A DNA stretch of 64,000 nucleotides, taken from assembly GCA_965218295.1 (NCBI GenBank), contig CBDCKN010000013.1, positions 544,001 through 608,000 of the forward strand, given 5' to 3'. Below, piece by piece: positions 48,197-58,569 of this stretch. The stretch is from Longimicrobiales bacterium (GTDB lineage: Bacteria; Gemmatimonadota; Gemmatimonadetes; Longimicrobiales; Gaopeijiaceae). A program made the translations under genes and the position numbers. The notes below the pieces were generated by a model that saw nothing but the letters and a program-made list of their open reading frames with translations, had not been told where the DNA came from and ran no database searches. Numbering within the stretch: the stretch's first letter is position 1; each line of letters begins with the position of its first letter.

Positions 48197-49569
48197 TGCG
48201 CCCCGCTTGCCGCCAGGGCTCGGAGAACCGACTCGAACTTGATGCTGGTCTCCTCCCATTCGAGGCCGGAGTCCGAGCCGGCTACGATGCCAGCTCCGGC
48301 GAACAGCCGCCACTGATGGTCGTGGGCCACTGCGCAGCGGAGCGCCGGAGCGAAGACCCCGTTGCCTTCCAGGTCGAACCAGCCCACAGGCCCCGCATAC
48401 CAGCCACGCTCGAACGGTTCCTCGCGACTCAGAAACGCGAGGGCATCGTCCCGGGGAAGCCCACAGACGGCTGGCGTGGGATGAAGAGCCTCGAGCACCG
48501 TCAACACCGACGTGCCTTCCGGCACGCTCGCCCGGATTTCAGTCTCGAGATGTTGTATCCGCGCCAGCGTGAGGACGTGGGGCTCGGGCTGCGCGTGCAC
48601 CTCGTGGGCCAGCGGCCCCAAGCGGGCCACCATGTCGTCGAGGGCGATACGATGCTCGACTCCGTTCTTCTCACTCGCCAGCAGGCGCACCGCCAGGGCT
48701 TCTTGCTCCTCGAGCGTTTCGCCGCGGGCAACCGTTCCGGCAACGGCCGTGGCGTGGAATGCACCCCGGGACATGGTCGCCACAGTCTCCGGCGCCGCTC
48801 CCACGAGCGGACACCCGTCGGCCGGCTCGAAGAGGAAGACATGGCTTCCGTGGTTCTCCTCCCAGAGGTGCTGCACTACTTCGACGGGATCCACGCGTTC
48901 TTGGGTGACGACGTCCAGGGTGCGCGCCAGCACCACCTTGGACACCTCCCCTCCGGCGATGGCCGCCAATGCGTCGGTGACGGCGGAGTCCCACGCGCTG
49001 CGCTCCGATTCGGTTCGAGTCGTCGGGATGGTGGGAGGTGGCCCGTTCTCACTGCGCGAAACCCCTCGGAGCCTCTCGCAAATCCGTCCGGCCCGCTTCG
49101 ACAGCAGGCTCAGCGCGGTATCCACCTCGCCCTCGTCGGGACCGACCACGGTCCGGACCGTCAGCCGCGGTGGTCGGCAGCCCCTACCCTCCAACTCGAA
49201 CGCAGGTAGGTGGAAGAGCGCGGGGGTGAACCCGGCCCAGAGATCGACGGTGGAGTGGTCGGAGCGGAAGGAGAAGCCGCCGTAGAACCGGCTCAAAGTT
49301 GTCCGTTCACTGCCCGTGACAGGAGCAAAGTCGAACAGAGCGCGTGCCTCGGCCTCGATGGCGGAAAAGCGGTCCGTCGAGGCATGGCCGTCTACCGAAA
49401 GCGTGGCAACGGCGCCGGAGTGGGCCACCCAGCGATCGGCCCTGGCCCAGAACCCGCGAGGCCCACCCTTCGCCTGCCGAAGGAAGAGCATGGGATCGGC
49501 ACCCATGGCTTGTGCAGTCACGGTGACGAGGCGTGCCGGTGCGGCCACGACGGTATCTGCCGGGTTCAT
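48193..49569 (-). CDS. menF: Isochorismate synthase
   Basis: KVVLAR, AVAGT, LHPTPAVCG, RGWYAGPVG, AGAGIV; start uncertain. Confidence 0.92.
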   Translation of the reverse strand: MNPADTVVAAPARLVTVTAQAMGADPMLFLRQAKGGPRGFWARADRWVAHSGAVATLSVDGHASTDRFSAIEAEARALFDFAPVTGSERTTLSRFYGGFSFRSDHSTVDLWAGFTPALFHLPAFELEGRGCRPPRLTVRTVVGPDEGEVDTALSLLSKRAGRICERLRGVSRSENGPPPTIPTTRTESERSAWDSAVTDALAAIAGGEVSKVVLARTLDVVTQERVDPVEVVQHLWEENHGSHVFLFEPADGCPLVGAAPETVATMSRGAFHATAVAGTVARGETLEEQEALAVRLLASEKNGVEHRIALDDMVARLGPLAHEVHAQPEPHVLTLARIQHLETEIRASVPEGTSVLTVLEALHPTPAVCGLPRDDALAFLSREEPFERGWYAGPVGWFDLEGNGVFAPALRCAVAHDHQWRLFAGAGIVAGSDSGLEWEETSIKFESVLRALAASGAQ

Positions 49570-49745
49570 GGCTCCGTGGTTCGAGCGTACGTGTACCTCA
49601 CGGTCCAGCAGCGGACCGTGGGGCTCAATAGTCCGGGCAGATGGCAATATACGAGAAAGGTCCGTCATACCAAGACGAACGACCTTTCTGCGGCCCACGT
49701 GCCACCGCCTCGCGTCGGCGCGGTTGGACAGGCATGTTGTGTTCC

Positions 49746-50540
49746 ATGGTCCATCCCACGCCACAATCCGATAACCCCCGGCCCAGGGTCGCGCTCTTTG
49801 TCACGTGCATGGTGGACGCCATGTATCCGCGCGTCGGCATGGCGTCCGTCGAGCTTCTGGGGCGGCACGGCGCCGAGGTCGTCTTTCCCGAAAACCAGAC
49901 GTGCTGCGGCCAGCCGGCCTTCACCGCGGGATATTGGAAGGAGGCACGTAAGCTTGCCCTGAACTTTCTCGACGTGTTCGGTCCCCTGGTCGAAGGCGGC
50001 GAGGTCGATGCCATCGTTGCTCCGTCCGGAAGCTGCGTGGCCAACGTGAAGCACTCCTTCCGGATTCTCCTGGAAGGGGGGGCGCCCGAGGAGACTCGTG
50101 AGCGGGCCCGGCTGGTAGGCGACCGCACCCACGAGCTCACCGAGTATCTCGTGGACGTTCTGGGAGTGGAAACCACGGGAACGAAATCGACCCGGTCCAT
50201 CACGTATCACCCGTGCTGCCACCTGCTGAGGGAGCTCAGGGTCGACCGCCAACCGCGCACGCTTCTCGAGAGCCTCGAGGGTGGGGAGCTCGTCGATCTA
50301 GAGGAGTCCGAGGAGTGCTGTGGCTTCGGCGGCGCCTTTGCGGTCTGGAACTCGGAGATCAGCACCGAGATGGGTCGCCGCAAGGCCCGGCACCTGGACG
50401 CCTCGGGGGCTCAGGTCGTGGCAGTGGGCGACGTGGGTTGCATGACCCACATGAACGGAATCCTCGTGCGAGGCGGCCATCGATGCCGCGCCGTTCACAT
50501 CGCGGAGCTCCTGGCAGGCGACGACGGGGGCCGCGCGTGA
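49746..50540 (+). CDS. lutA: Lactate utilization protein A (CCG domains)
   Basis: LFVTC..D, QTCCGQP, YHPCCH, ECCGFGG. Confidence 0.88.
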   Translation: MVHPTPQSDNPRPRVALFVTCMVDAMYPRVGMASVELLGRHGAEVVFPENQTCCGQPAFTAGYWKEARKLALNFLDVFGPLVEGGEVDAIVAPSGSCVANVKHSFRILLEGGAPEETRERARLVGDRTHELTEYLVDVLGVETTGTKSTRSITYHPCCHLLRELRVDRQPRTLLESLEGGELVDLEESEECCGFGGAFAVWNSEISTEMGRRKARHLDASGAQVVAVGDVGCMTHMNGILVRGGHRCRAVHIAELLAGDDGGRA

Positions 50541-52024
50541 AGATCGACATCGACGCGCCCTACCGGACCCGGGTCAGGCAAGCCCTGGCGGACACCGACC
50601 TCAAGACCGCCCTGGACCGGGCCACCGGGCAACTCGCGCAGAGACGCCTGACCGCGCTGGCCGCGGTGAACGCCGAAGTGATGCGGGCCGAGAGCCGAAC
50701 CGTCCGTGAAAGGGCCATCCGGCGTCTCCCAGAGCTTCTGGAGGAGCTGGAGGGCAACCTCGCTCGAAACGGATGTACGGTGCATTGGGCTCGAGATGCC
50801 GCCGAGGCGAACCGCGCAGTAGTGGAGATCGCCCGGCGCGGGGGAGTGGAGAGTGCGGTCAAATCCAAGTCCATGGTCACCGAGGAGATCGGGCTCAACC
50901 ACGCTCTGGAGGAGGCCGGGATCGACATCGTCGAGACGGACCTCGGGGAGTACATCATCCAGCTCGACGACGAGCCGCCCAGCCACATCGTCGCTCCCGT
51001 CATTCACAAGCGCGCCGAGGACGTGGCAAGAGTCTTCGAACGGGAGCTGGGGATGGAGCCGACCCTGGACGCGGCGGTCATGTGTGCCACGGCACGAGGG
51101 GAGCTGCGACGGCGATTCCTCGGGGCGCAGATGGGGATCAGCGGCTGCAACTTCGCCGTGACCGAGAGCGGCACCATCTGCTTGATCACGAACGAGGGGA
51201 ACGGCCGCATGGTGACCAGCCTCCCCCGGATATATGTCGTCGTGGTCGGGATCGAGAAGGTCGTGGAGACGCTGGAGGACGCGGTGCTTCTCTGGCAGGC
51301 CACGACGAGAAACGCGACGGGCCAGGACGTCTCGGTCTACTTCTCATTGACTAGCAGCCCACGTCCTGCGGGTCACGCCGACGGGGCCCAGGAAATGCAC
51401 GTCGTCCTCGTCGACAACGGGCGCTCGGGCGTGCTCATGCGCGGATACGCCGACGCACTCCTCTGCATCCGCTGTGGAGCGTGTCTGGACGTATGTCCCG
51501 TCTACCGGGAGATCGGTGGGCACGCCTACGGTCGGACCCCCTATTCCGGGCCCATTGGGTCGATCCTCACCCCATTGCTGGCCGAGGCCAGGGGGGACGA
51601 CTCGAACGCGGGCAAGGAGCTCCCGTTCGCCAGCTCGCTCTGCGGAGCGTGTAAGGACGCCTGCCCCGTGAAGATCGATCTCCCCCGGCTGCTCCTCGAG
51701 CTCCGAGGTGATCTGACGGCACGGGGTGAATCGAGCCTGGCGGCACGAGCTTCCGTGAAAGCGCTCACGCTGCCCTTGCATGGCCCGCGCCGATACCGCT
51801 TCGCCACACGGGTGGGACGCTTCTTCGGCCGGCTTCTGGGGGGACGCGTAGGACACATATCCGCCTTGCCCCCGCCCTTCGGCGCATGGACCCGAACCCG
51901 GGTGTTCCCCGTTCCACCGAAGAGGACGTTCAGGGAGCTGTGGAAGGCCGGGAGGGCGAGGCGGAGCGGCGGGGTGGATGGGGTGGAGGCCGACGGGCAC
52001 GACCAGGGCACGGAGGCGGGATGA
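50537..52024 (+). CDS. lutB: Lactate utilization protein B (Fe-S)
   Basis: KSKSM, ETDLGEYI, NEGNGR, CIRCGACLDVCP, SSLCGACKDACP. Confidence 0.92.
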   Translation: MKIDIDAPYRTRVRQALADTDLKTALDRATGQLAQRRLTALAAVNAEVMRAESRTVRERAIRRLPELLEELEGNLARNGCTVHWARDAAEANRAVVEIARRGGVESAVKSKSMVTEEIGLNHALEEAGIDIVETDLGEYIIQLDDEPPSHIVAPVIHKRAEDVARVFERELGMEPTLDAAVMCATARGELRRRFLGAQMGISGCNFAVTESGTICLITNEGNGRMVTSLPRIYVVVVGIEKVVETLEDAVLLWQATTRNATGQDVSVYFSLTSSPRPAGHADGAQEMHVVLVDNGRSGVLMRGYADALLCIRCGACLDVCPVYREIGGHAYGRTPYSGPIGSILTPLLAEARGDDSNAGKELPFASSLCGACKDACPVKIDLPRLLLELRGDLTARGESSLAARASVKALTLPLHGPRRYRFATRVGRFFGRLLGGRVGHISALPPPFGAWTRTRVFPVPPKRTFRELWKAGRARRSGGVDGVEADGHDQGTEAG

Positions 52025-52830
52025 GCGACTCTGCGCAGGCGAAAGGCGGGGCGTCGGCCCAGGCACGAGCGTGGATTCTCGGGCGGCTTCGAGAAGGTCT
52101 CGCCGATCCCTCGGCCGCGTTCAAGGTACCCGGGTCCGGGGAGCCCCTCCCCGGACCACCCACGCCTATCACACATGCCGGCGGCGATTCCCGGGCTTTG
52201 GCCGAACGGTTCGGAGCCAGCCTGGACGCCGTGCTGGGGAGCCACGAGATCGTCGAAGGTGCGGACGCCGTCGTGGATCGGGTCCTGGCGCGCATCGCCG
52301 CGCTACGCGAAGCCGGCTCGGCGGACGGCCTTTCCTTCGCAAGGGCTCTGGCCTGGGCTGCGGACGCCCTGGGAGTCCACGATCTCACGGAGCGCTTGGG
52401 CCGGGCGGGCATCTCGGTGATCGTGCCCGACGACCTCCATGATCCGAGGCAGCGAAGGGACGCCGCGAGCGCAGCAGTCGGTGTCACTGCGGTCGATGCC
52501 GCTCTGGCGAGCACCGGCACTGTGGTGGTGGGTGCGGGCCCCGGCCGGAGTCGAGTGGCCAGCCTGTTGCCGTTACATCACATCGTCTTGGTCCCCACGA
52601 GCCGAATCCACGGTAGCGCGGAAGCGTGGATCGCGTCTCTCAGGGAAGACGGACGGTTGGACGACACCCTGCGCGACGGTTCTCAGCTCACCTTGATCAC
52701 GGGACCCAGCAAGTCGGCGGACATCGAGCTGACGCTGACCCTGGGCGTTCACGGCCCCCGAACGGTTCACGCCATCATCTTCCACGATCAGGGCCTGACG
52801 GAGACCCTCCGCTCCACGAACACCGTGTAG
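52021..52830 (+). CDS. lutC: Lactate utilization protein C (LUD domain)
   Basis: ITGPSKSADIELTLTLGVHGP. Confidence 0.88.
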   Translation: MSDSAQAKGGASAQARAWILGRLREGLADPSAAFKVPGSGEPLPGPPTPITHAGGDSRALAERFGASLDAVLGSHEIVEGADAVVDRVLARIAALREAGSADGLSFARALAWAADALGVHDLTERLGRAGISVIVPDDLHDPRQRRDAASAAVGVTAVDAALASTGTVVVGAGPGRSRVASLLPLHHIVLVPTSRIHGSAEAWIASLREDGRLDDTLRDGSQLTLITGPSKSADIELTLTLGVHGPRTVHAIIFHDQGLTETLRSTNTV

Positions 52831-52846
52831 CCACCGGGGGGTGCCG

Positions 52847-53329
52847 CTATTGCTGCTCCCGACGCCACTCGTATACGAAGCCGTCGCAGCACGGATCGGA
52901 GAGAACCAGGTCCCCGGCCTCGGTGATCTGCACCCACTGTTCGTCGAAGCCGGTGAGGGGTTGGGCGTAGAGCAGCTGCGCGGAGCGTACCGCCGAGCCG
53001 GCGGCCATCAGGGGGACGAACTCGAAGGTGGTCGTCACTTCCGGAACCCCGTCCCGGGCCATCTCCACCTGGTTCGGGGGGGCGAAGGTGAGGGTCTGCG
53101 TGTATCCCTCGCTCTCGGGTGTTCGGGTGGTGCCGGCGATCCCACCTGTGGCCCGGATCCACGACCAGGTCCCGAAGAGAGCTTGGAGCAGCTCATCCTC
53201 CCCCGGGGCGGTGGGATCGGAGCTGCATGCGGCAGGCACGAGCAAGACCAGAAGGGTGAGGGGCACGACGAGTGCCCGGGCTCGGCCACCCTTCCCTTTC
53301 TCTGCAACACGGTTCCTCTGGCGACCCAT
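52847..53329 (-). CDS. Hypothetical lipoprotein
   Basis: Lipobox PAAC; GTWSW...GGIAG; DPCCDGF. Confidence 0.75.
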   Translation of the reverse strand: MGRQRNRVAEKGKGGRARALVVPLTLLVLLVPAACSSDPTAPGEDELLQALFGTWSWIRATGGIAGTTRTPESEGYTQTLTFAPPNQVEMARDGVPEVTTTFEFVPLMAAGSAVRSAQLLYAQPLTGFDEQWVQITEAGDLVLSDPCCDGFVYEWRREQQ

Positions 53330-53429
53330 CACACCTCAACTCCCGCCGGCCTCGGCCGGCTCATCTATGTGATTCACGACTTCACTCGGTTCACCACGTC
53401 ACGGTCCCTCTGACGACACACAAATACAC

Positions 53430-53495
53430 GGCCCGAGGATGGAGGTTCGGGACTCGGAAGAGGGGCTCCCGGCCCTTCCGAGCGATTCCCGACGT
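53430..53495. other. Long intergenic hairpin
   Basis: TCGGGA-CTCGGAAG...CTTCCGAG-TCCCGA. Confidence 0.4.
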
Positions 53496-53681
53496 ACCTT
53501 CTAAACGAATGACCGCACCCCTTTGTGACGGCTCGGGCTCCTGTTCATGGTGGCGCGACCTACGTCCATATGGTGACTCGGCTAGATCGCATGCACGCCA
53601 CATACTCGTGCGGGGCTTGCGCCACGGACCGCCAGGCCCTTAATGGAGAACTCTCCACCAGATCTCCCACAACCGGATCCC

Positions 53682-54662
53682 ATGATGGAAAGGTCTCCAA
53701 GAGTGTCACCCCAGAGGGCGACCCCTTGGCCAACGCCCGCCTCGAAGGTCAGCGCCGTCGGCACCGTGTCGGTCTTCGTGACGCTGACCCTTTTGGCCGG
53801 ACCCGTCATGGCCCAGGAGGCCCCACCCCAGCCGGACATCTACGTGGCAGACCTCTCGGTTTTCGACGAGCTCTACTATCTCGGAGACTTTCAAAACGTC
53901 ACCAACCGGCCCGAGGCCTACGACAACCAGCCCCTGTTCACGCCGGATAGCCGGTCGATCCTCTACACGGCGGCGTACGACGACGGAGACGACGGGCAGA
54001 CCGAGATCCATCGCTACTATCTGTCCTCGGGGCGTACCACGCGCATTACGAGAACCGCCGAGAGCGAGTATTCGCCCACGCCCATTCCCGGCGATCGGGC
54101 CTTTTCGGCGATCCAGGTCGAGGCCGATTCGACGCAGCGACTCTGGCGCTTCACGATGGAGGGCATGGACGCCGAAGTCGTCCTGCGTGACGTGGCCCCC
54201 GTGGGGTATCACGCCTGGGGTAACGAACAGAGCCTCCTGCTCTTCGTCCTTGGAGGACCGCCGACGCTGCAGGTGGCCGACGCCACCACCGGCCTTTCCG
54301 AGGTCGTGACCGACAGCGTGGGCCGATCGTTGCACAAGATCCCCAATCGGAACGCCTGGAGCTTCGTCGAACGGGTCTCGGACGAGGAGTCATGGATCAG
54401 CGAGCTGAACATCGGGACCCATGAAATAGTGCGTCTGATCCGGACCCGGGATGGTGGCGACTTCCACGCCTGGACGCCGGAGGGAGTCCTCCTCATGGCC
54501 TCCGGAGGCCAGATCCTCCGGTGGGATCCGGAAGTGGACGCCGACTGGCGCGTCATGGCGAACCTCAGGCACATGAACCTGATCTTCAGCCGCATCGCCG
54601 TGAGCCCCGACGGCACGAAGATCGCCATCGTCGGTATGCGGAACCCGGTGGACGAGCCGTAG
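53682..54662 (+). CDS. Secreted TolB-like beta-propeller protein
   Basis: YDNQPLFTPD, ESEYSPTP, PVGYHAW, AVSPDG; start uncertain. Confidence 0.78.
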   Translation: MMERSPRVSPQRATPWPTPASKVSAVGTVSVFVTLTLLAGPVMAQEAPPQPDIYVADLSVFDELYYLGDFQNVTNRPEAYDNQPLFTPDSRSILYTAAYDDGDDGQTEIHRYYLSSGRTTRITRTAESEYSPTPIPGDRAFSAIQVEADSTQRLWRFTMEGMDAEVVLRDVAPVGYHAWGNEQSLLLFVLGGPPTLQVADATTGLSEVVTDSVGRSLHKIPNRNAWSFVERVSDEESWISELNIGTHEIVRLIRTRDGGDFHAWTPEGVLLMASGGQILRWDPEVDADWRVMANLRHMNLIFSRIAVSPDGTKIAIVGMRNPVDEP

Positions 54663-54760
54663 GAGCCGGCTCCCCGGCCTCGGAGGAATTTCTTTGTCGG
54701 TGGCGAGCCGCGTCGGTAGATTGGAGCTACCGACGTGGGCCATTCGATCCGGGAGCAGCG

Positions 54761-55571
54761 ATGCGGCTGCGAGTCCAATACGTCTTTTCTATGGTGACCT
54801 TGGTTGCCCTGTCGGGGTGCGGCGAGACGGCAACGGAGCCGATCGAGCCCACGGGAGCTCTAGACGAGCTTGCCGCGCAGGCGGCAGCAACCGCCGTAGT
54901 CGAGGCGACGGACGCCAGGCTTCCCCACCTCCCCTCCCTGGTCCACGAGGCCCTCGAGGTTGTCAGGTCCGACGACGCCCAGGTCGAAGCCGCCACCGCC
55001 TTCCGACGTGCGCGCCGAGCCCGGATGGCGGCCCGGGAAGCCTACGAAGCTGGTGACGAAAGGCGAAGCCCTTCGCCTCCTGCGTCGGGCCCGCCGGTTC
55101 ACCCTCGAGGGGGTCATCGCGGCGTTGGGTCCGGGCGTCGTCACGGAAGCCATTGCCGGTGTCGAGGCCGCCATCGCCCACTGGGACGAGCGAGTGTCCG
55201 ATCGCGACGTGCCCGAGCGCTTCCTGCGAGCCCTCGAGCACGCCCGGAGGCAGGCGGCGGCGGCCCGGAACGCCGATTCCCCCGTGGCCGCCCTCTCCCA
55301 CGCGCTCATCGCCGCGGAGATCATCCGGGCCCTATCGCCCGCTCACCTCGCCATCCGGGCATTGCGCCACGCGGCTCATGCATTCCGTGGGGCCACAGAG
55401 GCGGTGGGTGATGCCCCCACGGACGACGAGAGGGCAATTCTGGCCGAGGCTCGCCGGGTTCTCTCGAGGGCCGAAGAGGCCTTCTAAAACCACGAGTGGC
55501 GAGCCGCCCTGCGTGCCGCCCTGGCTTCGGCGGAGCTCTCACTCAAGGTCCTCGACGGCCGATCCCCGTAG
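54761..55571 (+). pseudogene. Helical lipoprotein, frameshift near 55060 and in-frame TAA at 55485
   Basis: Lipobox LSGC; Ala-rich helices continue across both lesions. Confidence 0.6.
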
Positions 55572-55619
55572 CGGGCGTATCCCATCGCGCCGCATCGCGG
55601 GCACCAGGCGGTCCTCGGC

Positions 55620-55776
55620 ACCCGTTGACGAGCCAGCTGTACCAGGCGGAGCCCACCGACCCCATGATCCTGGGGAGCGTGGTTCTGGTGCTCTGGCCGT
55701 GGGCCTCGTCGCCAGCTACCTGCCCGGAAGAAGGGCGAGCCGCCTCGATCCTGTGGAAGCGTTGCGGGCGGAGTAG
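55620..55776 (+). pseudogene. C-terminal remnant of an ADOP/MacB-type ABC permease
   Basis: QLYQAEPTDPM ... ASYLPGRRASRLDPVEALRAE*, frameshifted. Confidence 0.75.
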
Positions 55777-55779
55777 TCC

Positions 55780-56205
55780 TCAGAGGCACTTGCGCAGGAC
55801 CGGGGTTTGACCGCGCCGGAGCTGGTAGGGACCCGCCGTCAGATCTCTCGGGATGATGTCCACTTCCAGGCTCATAGACGCTCCGCCGATCCGCCCGCGG
55901 AAGAGGGCCTCGAGCTCGTCCGGGGGATCTTCGTTGCTGACCGGTCCACCCTCGGGCACCCAGATCCCCGAGACCTCGAACGATCCATCCTACTCGTCGA
56001 AGGAGAGCCCTCCGGGAACCGAGGCGTGGGCACAGTCGAACTCGAAGCTGGCGGAGCCGGTCTCGATCACAGCCGCCACGCCCTCCCCGCCCCATTCGCC
56101 CAGCGAGTCGGAGACCTGGAAGGGGTCCGAGCAGGCAAGCAGAGAAAGGATTCCCGCAAACCACAGCGCCAGAGCGGATCTACGGTTATTCGTGCTGGAT
56201 AGCAT
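55780..56205 (-). pseudogene. Hypothetical lipoprotein with an in-frame TAG at 55990-55992
   Basis: LLAC lipobox, GEWGG..EFDCAH; frame continues DGSFEVSG..GGPV..LRKCL*. Confidence 0.7.
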
Positions 56206-56344
56206 GTTGTGTTCCGTTACCTCCATAGATAAACGATCGACTGGCGCTCTTGTGACAGTCGGGTCCATTCGGCCTCCCGAGGGTATCGTTTCTTCGCCGG
56301 ACCCCACTCCCCGGACGCAACATGATCGAATGGGCCAGAGTGTG

Positions 56345-57139
56345 ATGACGAACAGACCTCCGCGCCAGGAGAACCTGGACCGCTTCGAGGCCAAGTACGC
56401 CCGTGCTCGGTCGAACGTCGCTCGCCAGATCGGGAAAGAAGCGTGTGGGCACGACTACAGCCTGAGCGGATATACCACGGTCGCTGAGGCCCGAGAACTG
56501 GTACGACACCTAGGCCTGCACCAAGACTCCAGTGTTCTCGATCTCGGAAGTGGCCGGGGGTGGCCCGCCATCCACTTCACGAAGGAGGCTCGCTGCAGGG
56601 TGGTCGCTACGGACGTTCCCCTTCAGGGACTTCAGGAAGCCGGGGAGCACCTACGGTTTCGGGCGGGGGCCGACGCGAGGGCGCTCCCGTTCCGGTCGAG
56701 CTCCTTCGATGCCGTCACTCACTCCGATGTGTTCTGCTGAATTCCGAACAAGCTCTCCGTGCTGAGAGAATGTCGGCGGGTGCTGCGGCCCGGCGGACAC
56801 GTGGGAGGGTGGGTGATCCACACGGCCGAGGGCCTGACCGAGTCCGAAGAGCTTCGTGCCGCCGAGCTGGGCCCACCGGCGGTGCTATCCTCAGTGCCGT
56901 ATTCGGATCTCATTCGTGAAGCCGGTCTCGACCCTAGCCAGCTCACCGACGTAACGGCGGGGTTTCTGAAGACGGTCCAGACCATCCTGAGCTCGCGAGA
57001 GAAATACCGGCGAGCTCTCCTGGAGACGTGTGGCCCCGACGCGCATGAGGAAGAGCAGGAGATGCTCGAGAAGCTGCAGGAAGGGATCCAGACCGGCGTG
57101 CTACGGCGCTCACTGTTCGTGGCGGCCCAGCCTCACTGA
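56345..57139 (+). CDS. Class I SAM-dependent methyltransferase with an in-frame TGA (candidate selenocysteine) at 56738-56740
   Basis: VLDLGSGRG, DARALPF...FDAVTHSDVFC-TGA-IPNKLSVLRECRRVLRPGG in one frame. Confidence 0.8.
56741..56776 (+). promoter_or_regulatory. Bacterial SECIS-like hairpin
   Basis: CCGAACA/TGTCGG lower stem, CTCTC/GAGAG upper stem, loop CGTGCT 17 nt after the UGA. Confidence 0.55.
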
Positions 57140-58311
57140 TCCGTCCCACCTCCGGCGACGCTCTTCTTCAACGCCCGGGCGGCCTCCGCGTATCCTCCCC
57201 CTGCCGCATCGACGAAGTGGAAGTGAGCACTCTGGCGGTGCTCGATCAAACAGGTCATGAGTGCCGAGTGGGCGATGTGGACCCCGAACGAGACCTCGCC
57301 CCGCCGCCGTAGCCCGCTCAGGTATTCCTCGAGCTCCTCCCGCTGCTCGGCGCCCCCTGCAAGGACCAACCGCAAGGACCCGTCGAACTTGCGGAAGTCG
57401 GTATTGGAGACCAGGTCACCCATGTACATGCCCCAGTCGACATCCCGGGTCCGTACCCCGAACCGGAGCAGGAACCAGCCGAGAATCACCTGGGCGCGCA
57501 GGAGCAGCCCGTGAGCCATGCGCACCAGCAGGCCGTCCCGCCACCCCTTCAGTCGAGACTCGTTGCCCAGAATCGCCCCCGACAGGGTGACGCGAAGGCC
57601 GCCCTCGGTGACGGGCCGGCACCGATCGGCGTTCCCGTAGATCGCCCGGATCCGATCCATGATCGGTCCGTACGCTTCCAGCGTCCGGCCCGCTTCGGTC
57701 GTGGCGTCGATGATCACGGCCACCGTTTCGCCAAACGGGCTGGGGATCTCCCCCCACCTGCACTCGAGGCCGCTGTAGTCGGCTTCGGCCGACGGGTCCG
57801 GTTTGATCAGGAATTGGGCGGGGAGCTCCCCTCGCTTCAGGCTCCTCTCGGCGAACTCCGCCCCTCCACCATGAAGGGCACATTGAAAGTAGTGTGGAGA
57901 AACCCGATGGCGTGCCACGCGAACCTCATGCCCAAGCCTTCTGAGGTAAGCCACCGGAACGACGGCCGCCCTCAGCTCCAGGCCGAAGCTCTCCTTCGCA
58001 ATGGCGGTGGTGGCGGACATGGCCCGGGCGACGGCCGGGGCGGCACGACAGGGAATGCACATCCGCGCCCCGTCCCCGCCGAAGATGTAGGGGATCTCTA
58101 CAGGCCTGAGCACGTTTACGGTGGCGGCGATGACGGAAACACCGACGGTGTTCACCGCTTTGTAGTTCCCTGCCTCTATGGCGCCAGTGGAATCCGCGAT
58201 ATCCGCCACCACTACGGACCAGTCCTCTGGGAGTAGCACGTAGCTCTCGGAGCGGACGAGGGCCTCGAAGTCGTCGACCGGTTCGATACCGCTATAGAAC
58301 GAATCTGACAT
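57133..58311 (-). CDS. DUF3095-like (nucleotide-cyclase-like fold) protein
   Basis: LPEDW..VVADI..ST.AI..G.YKAVN, FGGDGA, GLECRW, DFRKFDG, HFVDAAGGGYA. Confidence 0.8.
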   Translation of the reverse strand: MSDSFYSGIEPVDDFEALVRSESYVLLPEDWSVVVADIADSTGAIEAGNYKAVNTVGVSVIAATVNVLRPVEIPYIFGGDGARMCIPCRAAPAVARAMSATTAIAKESFGLELRAAVVPVAYLRRLGHEVRVARHRVSPHYFQCALHGGGAEFAERSLKRGELPAQFLIKPDPSAEADYSGLECRWGEIPSPFGETVAVIIDATTEAGRTLEAYGPIMDRIRAIYGNADRCRPVTEGGLRVTLSGAILGNESRLKGWRDGLLVRMAHGLLLRAQVILGWFLLRFGVRTRDVDWGMYMGDLVSNTDFRKFDGSLRLVLAGGAEQREELEEYLSGLRRRGEVSFGVHIAHSALMTCLIEHRQSAHFHFVDAAGGGYAEAARALKKSVAGGGTDQ

Positions 58312-58386
58312 GGCCTTGTTGCCCCACACGGTGCCATCCCCTAGGCTGCAAATCCTCCATGATAGTAACGAAATTCCGGAGATTTC

Positions 58387-58539
58387 ATGTTCTCGACTTC
58401 CACAGCGCCAAGGCTCCTACTCGGTGGCATACTCGTGGCCACTCTGGCCGTTCTCACGGGGTGTGACGCCGGATCGGGCGACGCTGCCGACCTCGTGCTG
58501 CGCAACGGGGGTGGGAAGGTCATGTACAGGGGCGGGATG
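58387..58539 (+). pseudogene. Amidohydrolase lipoprotein reduced to its two termini
   Basis: Lipobox LTGC, ADLVLRNG joined directly to GGKVMY..*. Confidence 0.6.
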
Positions 58540-58569
58540 AACTGACCTCGAGCGGTGGGCCGACGATCA

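Noticed and set aside
28968..55992. TAG reassignment or pyrrolysine, suggested by two in-frame TAGs
   Set aside because: TAG terminates many intact genes here (istB, dodecin, purE, tyrS, menB). An in-frame TAA and frameshifts also occur, so nonsense mutation is the simpler explanation.
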